Source of the DNA: an uncultured Clostridia bacterium
Lineage (GTDB): Bacteria > Bacillota > Clostridia > TANB77 > CAG-508
Length of the DNA stretch: 56,436 nt
Reading direction: 5' to 3'
Assembly (NCBI GenBank): GCA_944393395.1
Contig: CALYAB010000001.1
Coordinates: 1 to 56,436 of the forward strand
The notes below the pieces were generated by a model. That model made no database searches and was not told the DNA's origin. It saw only the letters and a list, made by a program, of their open reading frames with translations. Of the stretch, positions 30,004 through 39,492 are shown one piece after another; within the stretch, counting starts at the first letter, position 1; the number at the start of each line of letters is the position of its first letter. Made by a program: the position numbers and the translations under genes.

Positions 30004-30609
30004 ATGAGAAAAAGTATAATAATATCAGCTATTATAGTATTATTTATATTGGGCACAGTAATAGGCGTACTTTTGTTAAAAAATTCTATTAAAGAGGAAG
30101 AAAATGTTGAAATATCAGAACAAGATAGTGAAGAGATTTTGGATGAATGCACAGATGAATATGAAAATATGTTACAAAATAATACTTTAGTAGAAGAAAC
30201 GAGTACAGAAAGTGAGAAAATATCTCCTAATTGTTCAATTGTATTTAGAAGATATTATAAAGAATGTGGGCATACTATAGAACAATATTCTAGTATACCA
30301 GCAGAATTGGTAAATAAGACAGAAGAAGATTTACAACAACAATATGAAGGTTGGACAATAGAAGAGTTTTCTAAAAATCAAATTGTTTTGTATAGAGAAT
30401 TTGATAGTGAGTGTGGGGAACATTATATTCTGAGAGAGAAAGATGGAAAAGTGGCAGTGTTTTTGAAAGTGGGAGATAGTGAAGAATTTGTTGAGGAAAC
30501 AGATATTGCGACAGAATTTTTAACAGAGACAGATAGAGTTGAATTACAAAATGGGATTGAGGCTAATGGGAGAGTGGAATTAAATCAGTTGATAGAGGAT
30601 TATGAATAA
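30004..30609 (+). CDS. N-terminally anchored hypothetical protein (possibly BofC-like)
   Basis: TM helix, acidic linker, then YYKECGHT..GWTIEEFS..ECGEHYILREKDGKVAVF. The family assignment is tentative. Confidence 0.55.
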   Translation: MRKSIIISAIIVLFILGTVIGVLLLKNSIKEEENVEISEQDSEEILDECTDEYENMLQNNTLVEETSTESEKISPNCSIVFRRYYKECGHTIEQYSSIPAELVNKTEEDLQQQYEGWTIEEFSKNQIVLYREFDSECGEHYILREKDGKVAVFLKVGDSEEFVEETDIATEFLTETDRVELQNGIEANGRVELNQLIEDYE

Positions 30610-30737
30610 AACAGACAGAAGACAGAAGACAGAAGGGGCCAGTGCTGAAAATGTATGCGATTGAATTAAAAAATTAATTCAATCGCATACATTTTCAGCA
30701 CTGGCCCCTTCTGTCTTCTGTCTTCTGTCTGTTTTAT
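30606..30737. repeat. Perfect 64-bp-stem palindrome (4-nt loop); bidirectional terminator candidate; giant-palindrome family copy 2
   Basis: I verified base by base that 30606-30669 is the exact reverse complement of 30674-30737. It contains the stop codons of both convergent genes (taa 30607-9; tta 30734-6). Confidence 0.9.
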
Positions 30738-31339
30738 TTTTTCTTTTTCTCTTTCTTATCAATAGTTACTTCTTTATTCAAATCTTGTTTATCAATAAAT
30801 CCTTTTTTATACACATCTTTAATATACATAAGTAAAGAAAACACAGTAGCAAATAAAGCTAAATAGAACAACCATAAATCCAAGTTTGACCAAACAGATT
30901 CTAGATTAAATTGGTTAATTAACAAAGAAAATACAATTGCAAGGTAAAAAAGTACAGTTGCCAATTTTCCATACCACTTACTATATACAACCACATCTTT
31001 ACCATAAAGGAAAGATGCACCAGCAATCATAATTAATTCTTTTAATAATACAACAGCCAATATACCAATAGGTATAATATGGTTTAATGTCAAAGAAGCA
31101 AGTGTACATATTTGAGTTAACTTATCTGCTAAAGGATCCATTAATTTTCCAAAGTTAGATATTAAATTAAATTTTCTTGCGATAAATCCGTCTGCGATAT
31201 CAGTTATACCTGAAATTGTAAAAAATACAAAAGCAAGTATAAAATTTCCCATAAAAATATTTACTACAATAAATGGTATCAATAAAAATCTAATTATTGT
31301 TAGTGCATTTGGTACGTGTTTTAGCATATAAACCCCCAT
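30734..31339 (-). CDS. pgsA: CDP-diacylglycerol--glycerol-3-phosphate 3-phosphatidyltransferase
   Basis: NALTIIRFLLIPF, DGFIARKFN..SNFGKLMDPLADK (CDP-alcohol phosphatidyltransferase motif). Confidence 0.85.
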   Translation of the reverse strand: MGVYMLKHVPNALTIIRFLLIPFIVVNIFMGNFILAFVFFTISGITDIADGFIARKFNLISNFGKLMDPLADKLTQICTLASLTLNHIIPIGILAVVLLKELIMIAGASFLYGKDVVVYSKWYGKLATVLFYLAIVFSLLINQFNLESVWSNLDLWLFYLALFATVFSLLMYIKDVYKKGFIDKQDLNKEVTIDKKEKKKK

Positions 31340-31412
31340 TCTATAATTTTTTTCTAATTAACAAAAAACAACATATTGTAAATTTATTTCATAAATTTGC
31401 ATAGAAGATTTA

Positions 31413-33773
31413 TTATTTAACTTCAAATTTTAAATTTTCATCTACAAAATCTATATATACAGTTTGTCCATCTAATAATTCTTGTTTCAATATCATCTCA
31501 GACAATTCATCTTCAATATATCTTTGAATAGCTCTTCTTAATGGCCTAGCACCAAATTTAATGTCAGTACCTTTTTCCAAAATATAATTTTTAGCTTTTT
31601 TAGAAATTTTCATAGTAATATCTTTATCAGATAATGCTTTGACAGTATCATTTAACATTAAATCAACGATTTGTAATAATTGTTCATTTGTTAGTGCGTC
31701 AAATGTAACAATTTCATCAACCCTATTTAAAAATTCAGGCCTAAATACATCTTTTAAACTATCCAAAATCTTATTTTTATTAATTGTTGAATTTCCAAAT
31801 CCTATAGAATTGTTATTCAAGTTAGAACCTGCATTTGAGGTCATAATGATAATAGTGTTTGAAAAACTAACAGAATTTCCTTGGCTATCTGTTAAAATAC
31901 CATCATCTAAAACTTGTAATAAAATATTAAATACATCTGGATGTGCTTTTTCTATTTCATCTAATAATATTATAGAATAAGGTTTTCTTTTAACTTTATC
32001 TGTTAATTGACCAGCATCATCATAACCAACATATCCAGGAGGTGCACCAATTAATTTAGAAGTAGAGTGACTTTCCATATATTCAGACATATCAATTCTA
32101 ATAATAGAATCTTCAGAGCCAAACATCTCATAAGCTAAGCTTTTGGCAAGTTCTGTTTTTCCAACTCCTGTAGGACCTACAAATATAAATGAAGGTGGTC
32201 TTTTTGTTGATTTAAGTCCAGCTCTATTTCTGCGAATTGCTCTAGCTACAGCACTTACAGCCTCATCTTGACCAATAATTCTTTTATGAAGATTTGTTTC
32301 AAGATTCAATAATTTTTGTGTTTCAGCTTCTGTGATTTTTTGAACTGGTATTTTTGTCCAACTTTCAATAACATTTGCTATATCTTCAATAGTTAATTGT
32401 TTTGGTTTCATTTTTTTATTTAATTTATCAATTTGTTCGATTAATTGGCATTCATGTGTTTTTAAATCAGCAGCTTTTTGATAATCTTCTGTTGAATCAG
32501 CAGCTATTACTTCTTCTTTCTCAGCCTGAACTTGCTCTAATTCTTGTTTTAGTTTTTCTAAAGTAAATAATTCTTTATTCTCTAAATTTATTCTTGAACA
32601 AGCTTCATCTAAAATATCAATTGCTTTGTCTGGTAAAAATCTATCATGAATATATTTTTCAGACATAATAACAGTTTGTTTAATAACATCTAAAGAAATT
32701 TTTACTTTATGATATTCTTCATAATATTTTTTAATTCCCTCAAGAATTCCAATAGAATCATCAATATTAGGTTCTTCAACTAAAACCTGTTGAAATCTTC
32801 TTTCTAAAGCAGAGTCTTTTTCAATATATTTTCTATATTCTTTTAAAGTTGTTGTACCAATTAATTGGATTTCTCCATTTGAAAGTGCAGGTTTTAAAAT
32901 ATTTGCAGCATTCATAGAATGTTCACCATCACCTGCCCCAATTATATTATGAATTTCGTCAATTACTAGAATTATATTTCCATAATTTTTACACTCATCA
33001 ATAATACCTTTCATTCTTGATTCAAATTGACCTCTAAACTGTGTTCCAGCAATAACAGCGGTCATATCTAAAAGATATACTTCTTTATTTAATAATTTTG
33101 CAGGTACATTTTGATTAGCGATTCTTATAGCCAAGCCTTGAGCGATAGCTGTTTTACCAACACCTGGTTCACCAATTAAGCAAGGATTATTTTTAGAACG
33201 TCTATTTAATATTTGAATAATTCTCTTAATTTCAGTGTCTCTTCCCACAACAATGTCTAATTGATTATTTTTGGCTTTGGCTGTTAAATTTGTACCATAA
33301 GTATCTAAGAATTTTTTCTTTTTATTTTGTTTTGTGTTTTTTTTCTTTTCAACCCTTACTTTTTTTCTACCATTATTTAATTCATTATTATTATCATTAT
33401 TACTATTTGAATTACCAAACATATTAGAAAATAGTGAACTTAATGGAATAGCTGCTCCTGATATTTTAGCATTTCCATCATTGTTATCTTCACTACTATT
33501 ATCAAAAGTAATGGCTCCATCAATATTTTCAATATCTTCTAAATTAATATTTTCAGCTAAATCTTTAAAAATTGTTTCAAATTGTTTTGTCATATCATTA
33601 AGGTTTACAGAATCTTTTGCTAAGATTTCATTTTGTCTATATAAAACATCATTAGGGTCAATTCCTTTAGCTTTTGCACAGTTATAACAATATCCTTCTA
33701 ATGATTCTTTACCATTTTCAATTTTTTTATAAAAAAGTATAGCTGGATTTTTATTACATTCTGAACATAACAT
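31413..33773 (-). CDS. clpE: Clp/Hsp100 double-AAA+ ATPase with N-terminal zinc ribbon (ClpE type)
   Basis: CSECNKNPA...CYNCA zinc finger. Two Walker A sites (GEPGVGKT, GPTGVGKT). VIDEIH / LLDEIEKAH. No Clp_N repeat. Confidence 0.75.
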   Translation of the reverse strand: MLCSECNKNPAILFYKKIENGKESLEGYCYNCAKAKGIDPNDVLYRQNEILAKDSVNLNDMTKQFETIFKDLAENINLEDIENIDGAITFDNSSEDNNDGNAKISGAAIPLSSLFSNMFGNSNSNNDNNNELNNGRKKVRVEKKKNTKQNKKKKFLDTYGTNLTAKAKNNQLDIVVGRDTEIKRIIQILNRRSKNNPCLIGEPGVGKTAIAQGLAIRIANQNVPAKLLNKEVYLLDMTAVIAGTQFRGQFESRMKGIIDECKNYGNIILVIDEIHNIIGAGDGEHSMNAANILKPALSNGEIQLIGTTTLKEYRKYIEKDSALERRFQQVLVEEPNIDDSIGILEGIKKYYEEYHKVKISLDVIKQTVIMSEKYIHDRFLPDKAIDILDEACSRINLENKELFTLEKLKQELEQVQAEKEEVIAADSTEDYQKAADLKTHECQLIEQIDKLNKKMKPKQLTIEDIANVIESWTKIPVQKITEAETQKLLNLETNLHKRIIGQDEAVSAVARAIRRNRAGLKSTKRPPSFIFVGPTGVGKTELAKSLAYEMFGSEDSIIRIDMSEYMESHSTSKLIGAPPGYVGYDDAGQLTDKVKRKPYSIILLDEIEKAHPDVFNILLQVLDDGILTDSQGNSVSFSNTIIIMTSNAGSNLNNNSIGFGNSTINKNKILDSLKDVFRPEFLNRVDEIVTFDALTNEQLLQIVDLMLNDTVKALSDKDITMKISKKAKNYILEKGTDIKFGARPLRRAIQRYIEDELSEMILKQELLDGQTVYIDFVDENLKFEVK

Positions 33774-33920
33774 ACTTTAAACTCCTCATTTCTATATAAA
33801 TATACAATATATATCATACCTCAAAATGCAAGAATAGTCAATAATTTAAAAATTTTATATTGAAATATTAATATATGAATGTTATAATAACTTGAGAGAA
33901 TAACGTAAGAGGTATAGAAT

Positions 33921-34781
33921 ATGAATGTTAATTTACCAAAGAAGGAAAAACCTAATGTCAAAGCAGTTATTATATATACAATATCAATAATAGCTTGTAT
34001 TATAGCGATAATTGTTGTTATTTTATCATACTATTATGGTAGTGAAGAGTTAGATAGGTTGATAACAATTGGAGGTTCAAGTATAACTCAAAGTGATATA
34101 GATTATCAACTACTGGTATCAGGTTTTGATGAAATATTTCAAAATCAATTAGAAGAGTATAATTCTGATTTAGATATAAAAAAGATTGATGAAAATCAAG
34201 ATTTAATATATACATATTATACAAAAAATGAAACTGAAGAAAAAAGTTATGAATTAAATTTAAATATACCATATATAAATATTGATAATGAGACAATAGC
34301 TAAATATAATGAAGAAATAAAAGAAACATTTGAAGGTAAAGCAGAAAATGTTTTACAAACAAAAAATCAAAATATCATATATACAGTACAATATGAAGCT
34401 ACAATAGAAAATGATATTTTATCATTGATAATTAGGTCAAATTTAAAAGAATCTTCAAGTGCGCAAAGAGTTATAATACAGACATATAATTATGATTTGA
34501 AAAATAATAAAGAAATAACTTTAGAAGAAATGATAAATAATAAACAATTAAGTGTTCAAGATGTAGAAAATAAAATAAATGAAGAAATTACAACAGAACA
34601 ACAAAAGGTACAAGACTTAAAGTCATTGGGATATAGTATTTTTGAAAGAAATCCTGATGATGAAATGTACAAAGTTAAAAATTCAAAAGAATTTTTTGTG
34701 AAAGACGGAAAAATATATATAATATATGCTTATGGAAATGAAAATTTAACAAGTGAAATGGATTTAGTAATTGCATATTAG
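33921..34781 (+). CDS. N-terminally anchored hypothetical protein
   Basis: RBS agaggtatagaat, one TM helix, soluble domain with no motif I can name. Confidence 0.6.
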   Translation: MNVNLPKKEKPNVKAVIIYTISIIACIIAIIVVILSYYYGSEELDRLITIGGSSITQSDIDYQLLVSGFDEIFQNQLEEYNSDLDIKKIDENQDLIYTYYTKNETEEKSYELNLNIPYINIDNETIAKYNEEIKETFEGKAENVLQTKNQNIIYTVQYEATIENDILSLIIRSNLKESSSAQRVIIQTYNYDLKNNKEITLEEMINNKQLSVQDVENKINEEITTEQQKVQDLKSLGYSIFERNPDDEMYKVKNSKEFFVKDGKIYIIYAYGNENLTSEMDLVIAY

Positions 34782-34941
34782 AGATTTAGTACAAAAAATA
34801 GAGAAGCCTTACAAGCTTCTCTTTTTTGAAAATAAAAGGGGATGTTTTTTATTTTAAATCAGTATGTGCTACTGATTATGATAATATTATAATTAGTAAA
34901 TTTGTCCATTTTGTGAACTTAAAGTGAAGAGTAATTAAAAA

Positions 34942-36210
34942 TTAAGGTTGTTCTCCTAATGTTAAGGTTAATTCTTTTTCTTGACCATCTCTATTTATTT
35001 TAATTTTCATTTCATCACCAATGTTGTGAGAATTTTTTACTTCATTTAATTCATCCATAGTTTTAACTTTTTTACCATCAGCTTCTATTATTACATCACC
35101 TATTTTAATTCCAGCTTTTTCAGCAGCTGAGAAATCTTCTACATCTTTAACATAAATACCTTCAACTAAGTTATTTTTTTGAGCAGTTTGTGAATCTAAT
35201 TCCATACCTGTGATACCAATATATGGACGTCTAACTTTGCTATATTCAATTAATTGAGAAGTAATATCTGTTGTTGAATTAATTGGAATAGCAAATCCCA
35301 TACCTTCGACATTTTCACCAGTTAATTTTAAAGTATTAACACCTATAACTTTACCTTCACTATTAACTAAAGCTCCACCACTATTTCCTGCATTTATAGC
35401 AGCGTCTGTTTGAATTAAAGTATATGTCTTTCCCTCAGAGTCGGTAACTTCTCTATTAACAGCACTTACAATACCACAAGTTACAGAACTTTGTAATCCT
35501 AAAGGACTACCAACAGCCATAGCGAATTCACCTACTTTTATAGAATCAGAATCAGCAAATTCGGCTTTTGTTAAACCAGTTTTATCAATCTTAATAACTG
35601 CTAAATCAGTTTCTTCGTCAGTACCAACAATTTTAGCTTCATATGTTGTATCATCATCAAATAAAGTTACAGTTATCTTTGTTGCTTCTGATACTTGGTA
35701 ATATGATTCAGATTCGCTAGAAGAAACAACATGATTATTAGTTAATATATAACCATCATCACTAATTATAATTCCTGAACCTGTAGCAGTAGCAGTTGAT
35801 GTTTGACCATTACCAAACATAGAGAACATTGAAGTTACATTATACTCAATCTGTATACCAACTATTGAAGGTAAAATTTTATTGGCAGCATAAACAGCTG
35901 TGTCTGAATAATTAGAAAGTGATACTTGATCAACTAATCCACTAGTTTGAGATGTAGTAGAATTAGTTGAATTTGTAGAGTTCATACCCATAATTCTTGA
36001 TTTTATAGAAGGTACACCAAAACATGTACCAATGACAACAGCACATCCTACTACACCGCTAAAAAATGGTAGAAAAATATTTTTCCCTAAATTGAATTTC
36101 TTTTTTTGTTTGTTATCAATCTCATATACTGTTTTATATGTACCTGGGTTTGAAACAGTTTTAAATTTTGAATTTTTAGTTTCGTTTGTTTGATTATTAT
36201 TATTTTCCAT
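34942..36210 (-). CDS. htrA: HtrA/DegP-family serine protease with PDZ domain
   Basis: TNNHV (His), DLAVIK (Asp), GNSGGALVN (Ser), C-terminal PDZ (GIKIGDVII). Confidence 0.85.
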   Translation of the reverse strand: MENNNNQTNETKNSKFKTVSNPGTYKTVYEIDNKQKKKFNLGKNIFLPFFSGVVGCAVVIGTCFGVPSIKSRIMGMNSTNSTNSTTSQTSGLVDQVSLSNYSDTAVYAANKILPSIVGIQIEYNVTSMFSMFGNGQTSTATATGSGIIISDDGYILTNNHVVSSSESESYYQVSEATKITVTLFDDDTTYEAKIVGTDEETDLAVIKIDKTGLTKAEFADSDSIKVGEFAMAVGSPLGLQSSVTCGIVSAVNREVTDSEGKTYTLIQTDAAINAGNSGGALVNSEGKVIGVNTLKLTGENVEGMGFAIPINSTTDITSQLIEYSKVRRPYIGITGMELDSQTAQKNNLVEGIYVKDVEDFSAAEKAGIKIGDVIIEADGKKVKTMDELNEVKNSHNIGDEMKIKINRDGQEKELTLTLGEQP

Positions 36211-36516
36211 TTATAAGACCTCCCATATCATATATAATAACCTATTATGCTCATATAATACAATATATTTGTGAAATTTATGTGAAGAAAAAAGGTTTTT
36301 TTATTGTAAAAATAGTGCTTTTGTTCAAATTAATATTATTGTTCAATATATGTTTTCGAGCAATAGGCTGAATGCTAACAAAATAGTTACAAAGAATTGA
36401 AATAAGGTAAAATTAAAGTTGAAAAATAAAACAAAAAAGGATATAATAAGGCAAAACAGATAATAATATCATAAAAAATAAGAAATAATAAAAAGAAAAA
36501 AAGGTAGGGTAAAGGA

Positions 36517-37050
36517 ATGATAAAAAATAATCAAAAAGGAATAACATTAGTTGTATTAGTTATAACTATAATTGTATTATTAATTTTAGCTGGGATTACA
36601 GTATATACAGGGAAAGGTTCTATAAAAGAAGCAAAACTAGAAGCTTTAAAGACAAATATGTTATTAATACAAACAAAAGCCAGAGAATATGTTGAAAATG
36701 CAAGTTTTGATTTAGGAGTTGATCCTAATAATGCTACTGCTGAAATGAAAGAAAAAGCACAAAATGAATTAAGTGGAGCAGATAAGGGAAAATTAGTAAG
36801 TGAAGATGATAGTATAAAAGATGAATTAGTTGATATTGGAATCAGTTTAGAGGATATAAAAAATGGAAAAGTTTATATACTTGAAACAGAGAATTTAAAA
36901 AATATGGGAATAAATGATGTAGAGTCAAATGCTACTGAAGGCTGGTATGTTATAGTTTATAATATAGAAGATACAAGTGCAGAGATTTATAATACTATGG
37001 GATATAATGGAAAATATTCTTTGTCTGAATTAGAACAAATAGAAACATAA
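36517..37050 (+). CDS. Pilin/pseudopilin-like protein (prepilin-type N-terminus lacking Glu5)
   Basis: MIKNNQKG|ITLVVLVITIIVLLILAGI resembles a class III signal peptide, but position +5 is Val. Confidence 0.4.
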   Translation: MIKNNQKGITLVVLVITIIVLLILAGITVYTGKGSIKEAKLEALKTNMLLIQTKAREYVENASFDLGVDPNNATAEMKEKAQNELSGADKGKLVSEDDSIKDELVDIGISLEDIKNGKVYILETENLKNMGINDVESNATEGWYVIVYNIEDTSAEIYNTMGYNGKYSLSELEQIET

Positions 37051-37052
37051 AT

Positions 37053-37195
37053 AGTACTATTCGTAACATAAAAGCATCTAGAGTTTTGTAATATATATTA
37101 TATTCTGTGCTATCCCAACACTATGTAGCGTGTCGGTCCCCACGACCACCGCTTAGAATATAATATATATCACATTATCTAGTAACAATAAAGCT
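37053..37195. mobile_element. MITE-like palindromic element, copy 2 (with C-rich core)
   Basis: TIR-L gtaatatatattatattct (37088-37106), core gtgctatcccaacactatgtagcgtgtcggtccccacgaccaccgctt, TIR-R agaatataatatatatcac (37155-37173), plus outer arms. Confidence 0.75.
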
Positions 37196-37226
37196 AAACA
37201 CTTATAGTAGAATTAATGAAAGAAGA

Positions 37227-37862
37227 GTGATTGAAATAAAAGAGAAAGAATTAGAAAGATTAACAAATTTGAAAAGTATGGAAAAAGATTTATATAATAA
37301 AGGATTTGAATTAATTTGTGGAATAGATGAAGCAGGAAGAGGACCATTAGCGGGTCCTGTTGTTGTTGCAGGAGTGATAATGCCGAAAGATTCAATGATA
37401 GAAGGAGTTAATGACTCTAAAAAGGTTTCTGAAAAGAAAAGAGAAAAGTTATATGATTTAATATTAGAAGAAGCGATTAGTTATTCAGTTGCAGTTATAG
37501 GACAAGATGTTGTAGATGAAATAAACATATTAAATGCAACGAAACAAGGTGTTACAAATGTAGTAGAAGAATTAGATGTAAAGCCAGACTTAATATTAGT
37601 AGATGCATTAACACATATTAATACAAAAGGAATACCATATGACTCTATTATAAAAGGAGATGCGAAATGTTATAATATAGCAGCAGCTTCAATAATAGCT
37701 AAAGTAACAAGGGATAGAATTATGAGACAATGGGATGAAATTTATCCTCAATATGGATTTGTAAATCATAAAGGATATGGAACTGCTAAACATATACAAG
37801 CAATTAAAGAATATGGACCATGTCCAATACATAGAAGAAGTTTTATAAAAAAGTTTGTTTAG
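37227..37862 (+). CDS. rnhB: Ribonuclease HII
   Basis: GIDEAGRGPLAGPVV, DSKK, ASIIAKVTRD. Confidence 0.9.
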   Translation: MIEIKEKELERLTNLKSMEKDLYNKGFELICGIDEAGRGPLAGPVVVAGVIMPKDSMIEGVNDSKKVSEKKREKLYDLILEEAISYSVAVIGQDVVDEINILNATKQGVTNVVEELDVKPDLILVDALTHINTKGIPYDSIIKGDAKCYNIAAASIIAKVTRDRIMRQWDEIYPQYGFVNHKGYGTAKHIQAIKEYGPCPIHRRSFIKKFV

Positions 37863-37870
37863 GAGGAAAT

Positions 37871-39175
37871 ATGAATATTTTAAATATAATAGAGAAAAAG
37901 AGAGATAAAGAAGAATTATCAAAAGAAGAAATTGAATATTTTATAAAAGGATATACAAATGGTGAAATTGCAGATTATCAAGCTGCTGCATTAGTAATGG
38001 CAATATATCTAAATGGAATGACTAAACAAGAAACTACTAATTTAACAATTGCAATGGCAAATTCTGGAGAAAAGTTAGACTTATCAATTCTAAATGAAAT
38101 AATAGTAGATAAGCATTCAACAGGAGGAGTAGGGGACAAGGTATCTCTTATATTATTACCTCTTGTAGCATCTTTAGGAATACCAGTGGCTAAGATGTCA
38201 GGAAGAGGGCTAGGCTTTACAGGAGGAACAGTTGACAAATTAGAATCAATACCAGGATATAATACAGGAATAGATATCAACAATTTTGTAAAAAATGTGG
38301 AAAAAATAGGAATAAGTATGATATCTCAAACTTTAAATTTAGCACCAGCAGATAAGAAAATATATAGTTTAAGAGATAGTATTTCTTGTGTAGAAAGTAT
38401 ACCATTAATAGCATCTAGTATTATGAGCAAAAAAATAGCAAGTGGAGCTCAAAAGATAGTTTTAGATGTTACATGTGGTTCAGGAGCATTTATGAAATCA
38501 AAAGAAAGTGCAGAAGAATTAGCTAAGGAAATGATAGAAATTGGTGAACTAGCTAATAGAGAAACAGTATGTATACTTACTAATATGGATGAACCATTAG
38601 GATATGCAGTAGGAAATTCCTTAGAAGTAATAGAGGCAATTGACTTTTTAAAAGGTAATATGCCAGAAGATTTGAAAGAAGTGGTACTAGAACTTGGTGC
38701 ATATATGATAAAATTGGCTGGTAAAGGAGAAAATATATCTGAGAATAAAATAAAAATGATAGAAAATATAAAAAATGGTAAAGGATATGAGAAGTTTTTA
38801 CAATTAATTGAAAATCAAGGAGGAGATATATCATATATTAAAGATGTAAATAAATTTCCAAAAGCAAAATATGTTGAAAAATTATATAGCATTAAATCAG
38901 GATATATAAAAAATATGGATGCTAAAAGGATAGGTGAGATCGTATGTGAGCTAGGTGCTGGAAGAGTTAGAAAAGAGGATGGTATAGATAATTCGGTTGG
39001 TATTATTTTAAATAAAAAAGTTTCTGATAATATTAAAGAAGGTGAAGAATTAGTTACAATATATGCTAATTCGGAGGAAAAATTAGTTAAAGCTAAAAAG
39101 GATTTGTTAAATGTTATTCACGTAACAGAGGAGAAAATTTCAAAACAAAAAATGATATTAGAAATTGTAGAATAG
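37871..39175 (+). CDS. pdp: Pyrimidine-nucleoside (thymidine) phosphorylase
   Basis: DKHSTGGVGDK, SGRGLGFTGGTVDKLE, LRDSISCVESIPLIASSIMSKK. Confidence 0.9.
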   Translation: MNILNIIEKKRDKEELSKEEIEYFIKGYTNGEIADYQAAALVMAIYLNGMTKQETTNLTIAMANSGEKLDLSILNEIIVDKHSTGGVGDKVSLILLPLVASLGIPVAKMSGRGLGFTGGTVDKLESIPGYNTGIDINNFVKNVEKIGISMISQTLNLAPADKKIYSLRDSISCVESIPLIASSIMSKKIASGAQKIVLDVTCGSGAFMKSKESAEELAKEMIEIGELANRETVCILTNMDEPLGYAVGNSLEVIEAIDFLKGNMPEDLKEVVLELGAYMIKLAGKGENISENKIKMIENIKNGKGYEKFLQLIENQGGDISYIKDVNKFPKAKYVEKLYSIKSGYIKNMDAKRIGEIVCELGAGRVRKEDGIDNSVGIILNKKVSDNIKEGEELVTIYANSEEKLVKAKKDLLNVIHVTEEKISKQKMILEIVE

Positions 39176-39226
39176 CTTAGAATATAATATATATCACATT
39201 ATCTAATAATGGTTGTGAACTGTAAC
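39175..39226. mobile_element. MITE half-copy (right TIR + outer arm only)
   Basis: gcttagaatataatatatatcacattatctaataatggttgtgaactgtaac. It starts on the last base of the pdp stop codon. Confidence 0.65.
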
Positions 39227-39326
39227 TAGAAATTGACTTTTGGTTAAAAATTTGCTAAAATAATTCTTGACAGATAATATAAAATAAAGCATAATAATAT
39301 ATTATTTTTACGAAAGGATGATAAAA

Positions 39327-39476
39327 ATGAAGAAAGATAAAAAACAACAAGAAAAAACTAAAAAAGTAAGAAAATATGATAAAGGACAAATTTTTGTAAA
39401 AGTAATGGCTGGTATTTTAGCAATATTAATGGTTGTTGCAACAGCTTCATCACTTATATATTCACTAATGATATAA
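39327..39476 (+). CDS. Small (49 aa) membrane protein, not in the ORF track
   Basis: RBS aaaggatg, then ATG 39327. MKKDKKQQEKTKKVRKYDKGQIFVKVMAGILAILMVVATASSLIYSLMI: basic N-terminus plus one TM (DUF4044-like pattern). Confidence 0.5.
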   Translation: MKKDKKQQEKTKKVRKYDKGQIFVKVMAGILAILMVVATASSLIYSLMI

Positions 39477-39492
39477 AAAAAGAGGTAAGAAT

